NCBI GenBank assembly: GCA_043228905.1
Contig: JBHGNT010000017.1
Coordinates: forward strand, 10,664,001 to 10,728,000
Length of the DNA: 64,000 bases
Direction: 5' to 3'
Origin: Azolla caroliniana
Taxonomy: Eukaryota > Plantae > Polypodiophyta
Under the pieces are notes generated by a model, which did not search any database, was not told where the DNA came from, and was given only the letters and a program-made list of their open reading frames with translations. Each line of letters starts with the position of its first letter. Within the stretch, counting starts at the first letter, position 1. Below are positions 48,582 to 60,200 of this stretch, piece after piece. The translations under genes were made by a program, and so were the position numbers.

Positions 48582-49351
48582 TGTCGCATTGTTACGCGCG
48601 TGCGTGGAGAAAGGCGGGACCACGGGGGTCTTGGACTAGGGAGTGACGGAGCGTAGGAAGTCGTGCTTCACCGTTTCCGGGGCATCCCAGAAGCACACCG
48701 GAAGCAACCGAAGGGAGAGAGAGAAAGAGAGGGCTTGACACCGACTCACGCACACACACACACACATAGGCCGACCTGACTCACGCCCTTATGTACAGGA
48801 AACGCAGGAAAGGGGAAGCACCCGACACCAATAGAGACGCGAATATACACAGACAGACGCAAATGTATATGTATATAAGGAAGAATACATCCCCGGCTTC
48901 GAGCCGGACCAAGGTATGTTACAGTAGTCGTCGGCTGCCAAGCTGCCGGTCGGGGAGCTCACGGGCTTGTCGCGCCGAGCGGGGTCTTGCGTAGGAGACG
49001 AGCTGAAGCAAACCCTAAGCGAACACGAAGGGGGAGAAGAAGAAGAAGAAGAAGAAGAAGAAGAAATGTAACTAACCCTAAATCTAACGATATACCCTCT
49101 AACGCAAAATGGGCAACCCTTTTCACAAAGGGCGCTCCCTTCCTTTTATAGAACAAGGAGAGGGATGCGTTACAATGTGGGATAAATCCCGACTTACATG
49201 GGATCGTCTGTCCCGACTTGACTACTCTTCGGCGCCATAAAGGCGCCCTCGTTATTCACACTAAATGTACACGGGTGAGCACACATGCTGCACCCCGCGG
49301 ATGTAGCCAATGTTTCCCGGTTTCCGCCTCTGGCCGAAATTCTCCATGACA
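48582..49351 (-). mobile_element. Solo LTR of a G1-lineage Gypsy family
   Basis: TGTCGC...CATGACA, perfect 4-bp TSD ACGT, shares the terminal AGGCGGGACC..CGGGG motif with the G1/G2 LTRs; host gag frame rejoins on removal. Confidence 0.88.
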
Positions 49352-52300
49352 ACGTGGTCTTCAGCACTTCTTCAAACGCTTTCCACGTCAGATTTTGTTG
49401 TCGTAACCCGTGAATACATCCTTGAAGCCCGTCTGTAGCCATCTGATTGAAGGATGTCACTTGCAATCCTTCTGATATTTTGCACCGTAGCATCTTTGCC
49501 TTGTAGTCCCGCAAATAACGTGACACATCCGTCTCGTTGAATTGCCCATTCCATTGCACGAGCCGCTTTGCCATAGTCGTAATCTCCAACATCGCGCGTT
49601 GTTCTTGTAGCATCCACTCAAACATTGTCATCATATTGTTAGCTTCTTGTTGATTTTCCATCTGCTTGTCACCCTTGTTTCACGTCGGGTTCACCATTTG
49701 TGTCGTGCCTTTCAGTGTTGGAATGTTGCGTGAGTCGGGTGGGAACTGCTGGGGTTTTGGACTAGGAGGAGGAAGAATTTGAGACGAGTTTAGTTATGAA
49801 TATGAATAGATTATAAGAAAGAGAGATAGGAAACTCGTGAATCCCATGAGTAAAGCATATTAATTAATGATTTGGGAAAGAATATTAATTTAGATTGCAA
49901 GAGAGAAATAGATGGCAAATTCGTGAATCCCATGAATATAATATATTAATCAACCCTTAAAAAGAAATCAACCACCATATACATTGTAAAAAGAATAGCG
50001 TGCGGAAGCAATAGAAAACCAAACACAAAAATGCAGTTTTAATGGAGAGCTTGAATATACATAGTACTCAGGAGAGACAGATAGGGAGAGAGAATGCACA
50101 CAAACTCAATATAGGATGTGCTCAGTGAGCACTTTTATACAAGTCCATACAGACTGACAGAAGTACTGACACGTACTTCAATGTTGATAAGTGAGCTCTA
50201 CACTAACTCCCAAAATATAATCCTACGCGGAATATCTTTCCAACGGCCTCGCAGTTTACACACTGCTACGGCTTCTTGTTGCGCGTCGGTTTGCGCACCG
50301 GTTTACGCACCGGTCTGGCCTAACTGATCGATACCAATCGATCCAGTTCTTGGCTTGCACAGTCGATCCAGCCAATGTTGAGCTTGTATCTCAACACACC
50401 CCCTCAAGCTCAACTTGAGGTTCCATCCACTCTTCCGGATCTATGCTCCGGTTCCTTCTGGCTTGACGCCTTGCTCGCACTCCTCGACCTTTTTGATTCC
50501 ATGCGCCTTGACCCTTCTGGTCAGCTTGCGTGCCCGTGCAGCCCTTCTTAGCTCCATTGTTGTCGCGGTGTTGGCGCCTCTTCTGCTGCCTTTTCTTCCG
50601 CTTGGTGCTCAGTTGATTCGGCGTATCCGAATCAGACATCCGAACCGACTCGGCTTCCTTCGATCGGTTTTCGCTTTCGTCCGAGTTGGCTATCTCCAAC
50701 TCGTCTTCGGTCTTCTCACCCTTGATGGCTTCATCTCCCCCATGCTTGGTTGGCTTCAACTCTTTCTTTAGACTGCTCCCCTTATGTCCGCTTTTGGAAT
50801 CTTCCGCGGGTTCGCCCTCGGCTTCTTTAGCCGATCTGAAATCGAATTTGTCATCTAACTCGATGTCGTGGTCTTCTTGAACTTCTCTCCCCCTTCCGTG
50901 GTCATGGACGCAACCCAAGCGCACCGGAGAATTGTTGCAACTTCTCCAAACTAAGAGGCTTGGTGAAGATGTTGGCGGTCTGCCGATCCGTCGGAAAATA
51001 CTGAAGTCTGACGTCATCAGAGAGGACATGCTCACAGACGAAATGGTAGTGCACGTCAATGTTCTTAGTGCGGGCGTGGAAGACGGGGTTCTTTGCTAGC
51101 TAGATGTTGTTGAGGTTGTCGCAGTAGCTTTTCGTTGGATCGGATACCTCCACCTGCAGACCCTTAGGTAGCTACTTCAACCATATGGCTTCACATGTCG
51201 CAACAGCCGCCCCTCAATACTCGGCTTCAGTGCTCAACAACGCAACTGTCGGTTGGTTCTTGCTACTCCACGCGATCATGGCACTCCCAAGAGAGAACGC
51301 AAAACCGGACGTGGATCGGCAATCGACCACATTACAGGCCCAGTCGGCATCGGTGTAGCTGACCAACTGCAAGGTTGTACCGGTTCGATATAGTAGCCCC
51401 CGGTCCTTAGTGCCGCTTACGTACCGCAGTACGTGTTGCACACACTGAAGGTGCTCCTCGGTAGGTCGCGCCATGAACTGATTAATCACCTTGACTGGGT
51501 AGTTGAGATCTGGTCGGGTGATGGTCAAGTATATAAGGCTTCCGACTATCTGTCGGAACCTTGTCGGGTTGCATACCTTTCCGGAATCGGGACGAAGCTT
51601 GACGGTTCTATCCAAAGGAGTTGAGATGGACTTATAGTTGGCCATCCCGAATTTGAAGAGCATACTCAGCACGTAATGTCGTTGGCTGATCAATATGCCT
51701 TCAGGAGTACGTATCACTTAGATCCCGAGGAAGTAATGAAGGTCCCCCAGGTCCTTCATGTCAAATGATGCCGCGAGCTGGAGCTTTACATAGTTAATTT
51801 CACCTAGGTTGCGCCAGTGATGACCAAGTCATCAACATAAAGTAAAATGCTAACTGGCCCGAGTCTACCTTTCCGGATGAACAATGAGGAGTCCGATTTT
51901 GATTTTGCAAAACCCATCCGACGCAATCGTTGCGTGATCTTCGCGTTCCAGGCACACGGGGCTTGCTTTAGTCCGTAAAGGGACTTCTTCAACCGGCACA
52001 TCGCCGAGGTGTTCGTTCCGGAGTGAAATCCAGGGGTCTGTACCATGTACACCTATTCCTCAAGCTCACCTTGTAGGAACGCATTCCTTACATCCATCTG
52101 ATGTAAGTGCCACCCCTTCCTCGCAGCTACTGCGAGGAAAACGCAGACGGTCGTCATCTTCGCGACCGGTACAAACGTCTCATTGTAGTCGATGCTATGT
52201 TGCTGCGCGTAGCCTTTCGCTACTAATCGGACCTTGTATCGGTTGACCGAGCCGTCAGTGTTGTACTTGACCTTCTACACCCACCTCAATCCGATCGGCT

Positions 52301-53901
52301 TCACACCTTTCGGTGCGTCAACTTGGTCCCAAGTTTCATTTTCAGCCAATGCGCGCATCTCTTCCTCCATTGTGGCACGCCAATTCGCGTCCTTCGCCGC
52401 TTCTGCGTAACACTCCGGCTCACGCACTTCCGCTACACGAGTCATGTACGCATAGTGATGTGCCATGTACTCATTGTATCCGAACCACACAATAGGGTTC
52501 TTCTAGCAGGTAGATCGGCGTAATTTCTCATTAGCCGATGTTGAGGCTTTCTTAGCCGACGTGGACTTCGCTCTCGAAGACCCATCATCACTTCCCTCAG
52601 AGTCGGACTCGCATCGATCCGACTCGTTCCTTTCCGTGTCATAATCTGACACCTTTTTCTTCCCTTTTTCCTTGCGCGTAAGCCGTCTCCTCGGCTTCCT
52701 GTGCGGGGAATGCACGGCCGAGTCTCCACTACTCGTCGGCCCTTCTTCGAACTAGTCAAACCGACCCAATCGCTGATTCGCTCCACTCAATAGAAACGAG
52801 ATCTAACTCTCTTCGAGGGTCCCGATCTCAGCCTCATCCAGAGGCACTTCAGCCTCGTTGATCTCATCATCAGAGCTCGGATTGGAGTTGAGGTCCGGAG
52901 TCGGAGGCAAGTACTAGGACGTGTACACGTCAAACACAACGTCGCGGCTTACACGAGCTTGTTTGGTTCGGGGGTTAGAGCACTTATAACCCTTCTACTC
53001 GTTCAAATAGCCGACTAAGATACACTTCTTAGCTTTTGCGTCCAACTTCCTCCATTTCTCCTTTGGCACATGCACATACGCAATGCTACCGAAAGCTCTC
53101 AAGTGTCGTAGATTCAGCTTCCTTCTGAAATACTACTCATGCACCAACACTTTGTCTCCGATCCGATTCTGGATGTACACTGCGGTTCATACCACCTTGG
53201 CCCAATAGAACTTGGGCAAGCTCTTTTCTTCCAGCATTGCCCGTGCGGCTTGCACAACCGACCGATTTTTCCTTTCGGCCACGCCATTTTGCTCCGGCGT
53301 ATATCTGCAACTGAATTCGCGTCGAATTCCCATCTGTTGTAGATACCCGTTGAATTAACTGGAAAAGTACTCTTTTCTGCCATCCGACCGCAGGCACTTG
53401 ATCTTTCTTCCTGTTTCCCTTTCGACGAAACTCTTGAGGTCTCGGAAACAGTCGAAGACTTCACTCTTCTTCTCGATGAGGTAGATCCACGTGTGTCGCG
53501 TGTTAATCCTTAGGGCCGGACAACAGCCTAACACAAACGTGTCCACTTAAGACACTTCCCCAAAGGGTGTTACGGCGAGATAACTTACGACACAACGCTT
53601 AATTGGACCTTAATCGGTTACTTAGCAATACATCATTAACACGCGTAAGATATACAATAAGCACAGAACGGTGAACAATACTCATTGATTAAACAAAAGG
53701 TTTATATTACTCTCCATTAATGACTACATTATAACCGGGCCTTTATATAGGTCACCGGTGCGAAGTACAAAACGGTGCCAACCGACACCTTTTCAGGATC
53801 GGTCTGGATCCGGATCGGCATACCGATTCCGGTCCGTCCGTCCACATCTTCTCATATATTAATCTATATATTAAGACTAGTAATTTCAATAGATTCTTAA
53901 A

Positions 53902-56900
53902 GATATCCAGGATGCTTTGCTCCAGGGTCTCCAGTGGTTCTACGGGAATCTGTTGTGGCTGCTGATGCTGCTGTTGCGGCTGCTTTGATTGTGGCTGGGG
54001 TTGCTTCTCCGTTTGTGGCTCCGACTCTGGTTGCGGCTCCGATGGTTGCTCTGGCACTGGCGTTTCCTTCATTGTTTCCTCCGTCGGAGTTGTCTCTGGT
54101 TGACTTACCCCGGCCTGGTCTCCGTCTGGTCCTTGTACCGGTGACGGTTTCTCATCACTAAGATTGACCGTTGCCGCCTGCCTTGCTTTTTCTTCCCTAA
54201 GCCGGGACCGCTCATAGCTCTCAAACTGGATTTGAACATCCATCCGATCGTCGTCCAGTTGAGCTATGAGTTGCCGGACCTGCACCAATTGCTCATCCGC
54301 CAGAGCTGTGAAATCTTCTGCCAGCTTATCCTTTATGGCGGTGAAGTCCTCCGATGTGAGCATGTAACAGTCCTCACCTTCCTTCCACCGGTTTTCGGCG
54401 TCCTCCCTAAGCAACTGGAGTTCAGCCGTATTTTGCGCCCATTTTGTCCACCATCGCACGGAGCTCTCGTCAATCAAGCATTTGGTCTTGTTTAGCCATG
54501 ACCGGAGGATGCACTGGATCCGTTCCATTCCCATCTGTGATTTGTTCTCCACGGCTTGTCTCTCCTCTTTCAATTGCTTGATGATTCTGACCATGTCCGC
54601 ATCTTGCTCCCTATAATGCGATAATTGACTCTGATAGGTTGTTTGCAACCTCTATAACACCATTGTCGCCCTCTCCTTTTCTTCATTGTGCTGCTTGTGG
54701 AGCTCCATCCGGTCCCTCACTGCTTCCTCCAATAGCTTTGTATTCTCAGCCCGTTCATCGGCGAGTGCCGTTGTGTCCCTATCAACTTCCTGTCGTAGCT
54801 CGACCATCCTTTCTTGTTGTTGCTCATACTCCGTCCGTGTCCAAGCTCTTAAAGTTCCGGTGCAGGTGGTCGAACTCCTCTGTCTTCTGATTTAGCCTCT
54901 GGTTGATTTGCCGGCGAGCGCGGTCTTCCCGGTCCTTTTGTTGACAGAGTTCTTCTCTCAGCCTTTCGATTTCCGTTTCCGCCATCTATCGCAGCTTGTC
55001 CTTCTCCTGCAACAATTTTTCTTTTTCCTCCTTTAGCTGGTCGTAAGCTTGATGCCCTTTTCGCAGATTTTCTTATGCCCGGCGGAGGTTTTCAGCAGTT
55101 TTCCTTAACTCCTCTTCTGCCGCTTTCTTCAAATCTCGTTCGCGGCTCCATAGTGCTTCTTTTGCGGCAAGTTCGTCCCTTAATTCGGCAAGCTCTTGGG
55201 CTTGCGCCACATCTTTCTCCGGGACGGTTTCTGTCTCCGGGTCTTATTCATATGTATAGGTGTGGTTGTTTCTTTATTCTGTACATCCACCGGAGTCACC
55301 GGTGCTTGGATTTGTGTTGCCGTTAAGGCCATTTTGGTCATGTCTTCTGTGACCTGATCCAAGTCTTGTTCAAGGCACCAGATCCTTGACCGGGCCGTCT
55401 CTAGTTCATCGGTTGTGACTAGCAACCGTTCCATCTGCGCTCGTTCTTCCGTCTCTACATACAGTATCACTCCGGCAACCTACTCTCCTATCTACCGGAG
55501 CCATTGGCTGCTGGTACCCTCTTGTTGCGTTTGCACGGAGGGTTGGCTGATGGGTTCACTTGCCAGTGGCTGGTCCCGCCTAACCGCGTCGAGCTGCACT
55601 TCCTGCACTTCCTGCTGACCACTTTGCCGTTCGGGTTCCAGTTGTGTTTCGGCTTGTTCTTGCCCCGCTGAGGAAGGTGACACATGCCTTACCGACGCTT
55701 GCGTTTCGGGGCTTGCCGGTATTGCCTGTTGTGCAGGGGCTTCTAAGACTGGTTCCTCCCTTGGCGTGGGATTCTCAGTGTGGGGTAAAGGCGTTCCATC
55801 CTTCTATGGGTTCGAACGCTTCCTGGCTGATTTTGTGGTGCTCGTCATCGGCCGCCGCTGGAGGTGCTCTTTAGGTTCTTCCTCTGTTTCCTCCTCCTCA
55901 GTCCCGACATTCATTCTTGCCGCCAGGGTGTCCGTTTCTTGCTGCACCAGTTGGCAGAGTGTGCTCTTCAGGGGCCGTGTTGGTGTCTCCTCCTGCGTGT
56001 CCGTCGGCTGCTTCGGGATGGCGTGCTCCTTCGCCGCCTGCTCCATGTCGGCTGTCTTCCCCTTAGTGGTCTTGGTGGCCAACAACTGTTGTCATTTTGA
56101 AGCAGCTTTCGGGGTGCCATCCGTTGCTCTTCCCCGCTTCTTGGTCTGGATGGGCTCGACAGGTGGCGCCAATAGGGTGAGCCATTGCGCCACCACATGC
56201 CATATTTTGCGGCCTTCTTTGGCTTCCTTACCTCTTACGGTGTCAATAGCCGCACACAATCCGTTGGCGATCAGCACCGGCCAATCCACCTTGACCCCTT
56301 CGGATGTTGCAATGATCAAGCCTGCTCGGTTTTGAGGCATGAGGAGGGTCGAGGGTATACGTGGCTAAATTCATGGAGTACATGGTCAATTTCTCGGAAT
56401 AACATATCTTCTTCGCCCTGTGTCCTGTAGCCCTTGCTAGCCAGAGAATACTCGCCGAAGTATTTAATGAGCCGTTCGGAGGTAGGGTTGTCGATCGTAT
56501 AGATGGCCCCCTCCGGAAGGCCTGTTAGTGCACGAATCACTTCCTCCGTGATCAGCTCGGTGTCAATTTCTTTGATGATCTTGTCGGCTTCTCTGTGTGG
56601 TGGTGCTTCCATGATTGTGAGGAACCCCTCCAATCCGTGTTGTCGTAGCCATTTTTTGGCGGCCTCAGAGAGAGTCTGGCAGTCCATGTCTGCGTCGAGG
56701 TCGGACAACATTGGTGAGGGCTGTGTATGAGGAAGCTCTGTGTGTTTGCTCTCTTCTGATGATCTTCAAGCGCCTGTGTGCGTCTGTGCTTCTTGGTTCG
56801 CGAAAGAAGAAGGTCTCGATGCGGGGGGCGTTTTCTCTCTGCATCTTGGTGCCTTTTTCGAGCCTACGCATGTGCAGGTCGTGTACTATAATAGCATTAT
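53902..56900 (-). pseudogene. Gypsy F extra ORF downstream of integrase, same sense; globular N-part, Q/P/E-rich linkers, coiled-coil C-part
   Basis: Consecutive minus-strand ORFs 56316-56711, 56092-56340, 55804-56085, 55492-55683, 55180-55470, 53752-54648. Confidence 0.75.
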
Positions 56901-57239
56901 GTGCCATATGGCGGTGGTTTAATGCCCTATTCATAGCCCCCTCGTACCTTTTCGAAGTGCCTCTTTACTCCTCGTTTGCGTGTCCGTTCCCACCACTCCT
57001 TTGCATGATTTCTTTGATTTGTTTCGATTTTATTTTCTTTTGATTAATATCAATTATTAGGTTAATTCGCCTCCGGTCCTATCGAACCCTTACCCGAATG
57101 AGGAATCTTGCCGGCCTCGTGATGGTTTGCCGTCCTCATATCCAACCCATGTGCCGGCTCTTTGCCCCCCTTACCGGCTTCGTTGTTGCCGATTGCTAAT
57201 TAGGTTGCCGTTGTTTCCGGTATTCTAGTATCTAGTACG

Positions 57240-60200
57240 GCATCGGCCTTTCCTTGTTCAAATGGGTTCCTCGGCATGGGTCCCTTGTATGGCTTTAGTC
57301 GAAATCTGTTGACCCACTTACCTAGGACTTCGCCAACAAGTGTCCCTAACTAGTAGGATCCATTGAACTCACGTGTGATCCAGTACGGTCCGGTCCACCG
57401 AAACCGTAGTTTCCCCGGCATCTTTCCCATTCGGGTCTGGAACACTAGTACCGGCTTGCCGATTCCAAACATCTTTTCATTTCCTTTTCGGTGGTGATCC
57501 AAAAACGCCTTTCTTTGCCGCTGCTCCAGTTCTAGGTGCATGATACTCACTAGTCAGTGTTCTTCTAGTTCACACAGAGCCGCTAACCGAATTGCCTCCG
57601 ATTCCTTTTCGTTTAACCGTTCCCTAATCTGAATTCGTAAGCTCGGGACCTGGAACTCTACCGGCATGATGGCCTCCAATCCGAATGCTAGCCGGAACGG
57701 TGTGGTTTGGATGCTTGTTTTGTAGGCTGTCTGGTAAGCCCAGAGTGCGCTGTGCAACTTCGTATCCCAGTCTGTTCGGTTTTCGTTGACGATTTTCTGA
57801 AGGATATTCTGTAGCATTTTGTTTGTCGACTCGGCTAAGCCGTTTGCTTGCGAATAGTATGGCGTGCTCCGTTTATGCACCATGGCATAGAACGACGTCA
57901 AGCTTTCCACCACTTGGCCAAGGAAGTGCCCTCCTTGGTCACTTATTAGCTCGATCGGGCATCCATACCTGCACCAGATGTATTCATACAAGAATTTCGC
58001 CGTCGACGCCACGGTGTTGTTGCACAAGGCTTTGGCTTCTACCCATTTCGTGCAGTAATCCGTAGCTACGATCACATACCGGTTGCCGGTTCTCATTACC
58101 GGTGGTTTGAATGGACCCACAAAGTCCAGCCCCCATTTCTGAAATAGTTCTAATGGCAGTACCGGCTGGTGCAGCATCTTAGCTTGTTCGGTTGGTTGGC
58201 CCTTTCGCTGACATAGGTCGCATTCTTTAGCATACCGGACCGCGTCTTTCAATGTTGTCGGCCACCATAGGCCACTCTGCCATATCTTCCTTGTCGTAGC
58301 ATCTCTGGTGTAATGGCCTCCGGCGACTCTGCAATGTGCTTCTCGTAGTATTATATCCTTCTCGTCGCTGCGCACCGCCCGTCGCCATATACCATCCGCG
58401 CCTTTGTGGTATAGCAAGTCCCGTAATAAACAGAAGTGTCGGTTTTGTACCACCAGGCGTTTCCTCTCGTCCCGGTTCATCTCGTCCGGAGGCAATCCGG
58501 AGCTCAGAAATTGTTGCATATTCGTCAGCCACTTATCTTCTTGTGCCACCGTTTCATCTGTTGCCGTTTCCGTGGTGACTCGAAATAGCTCGGCATCCGG
58601 AAACTCGTCCGGGACTCTGTCACCAGTCTCGCCGGAATCTAACCGGCTCAAATAGTCTGCTACTGCGTGCTGTATGCCGGGTCGGTGGAATACTTCGAAC
58701 TCAAATTCCTGCAGCAGTAACGCCCATCGTGCCAACTTACCAGTTAGTGACGCTTTGGAAACTAAATAGAGGAGTGCTGAATGATCTACGTGGAAGGAAA
58801 ATTTCCTTCCCAGCAAATAATGTCTGAACTTTGTCACGCTGTAGATCATGCCCAAAGCTTCCCTTTCCGTGGTGGAATAATTTCATTCTGCTTGGGATAA
58901 CTTTCGGCTTGCGTAATATACGGGCCGGTACCACCTTAGCTCCGTAAGTTGCATCAACACACTTCCGATTGCAATGTCGGACACATCTACGAACACATGA
59001 AACTCCTTAGCCCAATCTGGGGGTTGTACTATCGGCGCTTGCGACAATAGTATTTTGAGTGCCCGGTACGCCTTGTCTTCGGTGTCCGTCCACTGGAACG
59101 GTGTTCGATGTACCGCAGCATGCAGTGGTGTAGCTAGGTCCGGCAGATACCGGAGCATTCGGCTATGCCACCGGATTTGACCTAAGAAACGGCTTAATGC
59201 TTTAGCCGTTGTTGGTGCCGGTGCCTCCAAGATTGCTTTTACTTTGTCCGGGTCCATGGAAATTCCTTCCTTGCTCACAATGTTCCTAATAGCGCCCCGC
59301 TTGACACTCCAAATACACATTTTGCCGGATTCAAGCTTAGCCAGTAAGCCCAACATTTCTCTAGACACAGTCGGGGGTGCTGAAAGTGATCTCCTTCCCG
59401 GCTATAGATGGCGAAGTCATCCAGAAACACCTGCATGAATGCCGGTATGAACTCTCTGAATATTTCCATGATGATCTTCTGGAACGTTGACGGTGCCGTT
59501 TTTAGTCCGAACATCATTACTACGGCAACAAACACTCCCCATTCGGTGACGAAAGCCGTTTTATCCTGGACATCGGGGTGTATCCGGATCTGGTTGTATC
59601 TGCTGAATCCGTCTATGAAACTGTATACCTCATGGCCGGCGACTGCGTCCAAAACTCCATCCGTAAATGGGAGTGGGAATGCATCTGTTACCGTCGCCAC
59701 ATTAAGCTTACGGTAGTCGACACAATCTCTAATTTTGCCGTTTTCCTTTGGTACGACTACTATCAGGCTCAACCATGTAGATTTCTTTATTGGGCAGATA
59801 AAGCTAAACCTCGACAACTTGTCGATTTCCTCCTTGACTTTGGCGGCGTAATTTGGATTAATCCGGTACCGCCGTTGTGCTAACGGTTTGGCGTCTTTGC
59901 TCAAATGTATCTGATGCTGATATAGCTGAGGATCGAGCCCTCGCATATCCTCGTAAGACCAGGCAAACACATCCTGAAATTCTTTGAGAAGTGTAGTCAT
60001 CGCCGTTTTGTTCTCTGGAGTCATTTCCTTGGCGATGTGCACCGGTCTCGCCTCTTCCGTAGTTCCTAGATTTACTTCCTGTAGTTGGGATGCTTTAATC
60101 CGTTGTGATACGGCGTTTTCTCTTTCCAACGCCTCATGTGCTTGCCGTAGCTCTCGGATCACTTCATTATTTGGTTCCTCGTTGGCTCCGCCCGGTGGCA

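Larger units (their letters stand above)
42190..49984 (-). mobile_element. Ty3/Gypsy element G3 (G1 lineage, more diverged); partial LTRs 42190-42725 and 49701-49984
   Basis: 18-nt tRNA-Trp PBS at 49679-49696; LIDHGSE protease; PFLDD RT; integrase; PPT GAGGGGGTGAG. Confidence 0.92.

Noticed and set aside
48894-48908. B-box-like hairpin CCGGCTTCGAGCCGG in the solo LTR
   Set aside because: No A box at tRNA spacing, so not counted among the Pol III modules
53752-53901. Hydrophobic C-terminus of the extra ORF as a transmembrane anchor
   Set aside because: It results from read-through into the truncated LTR across a deletion junction
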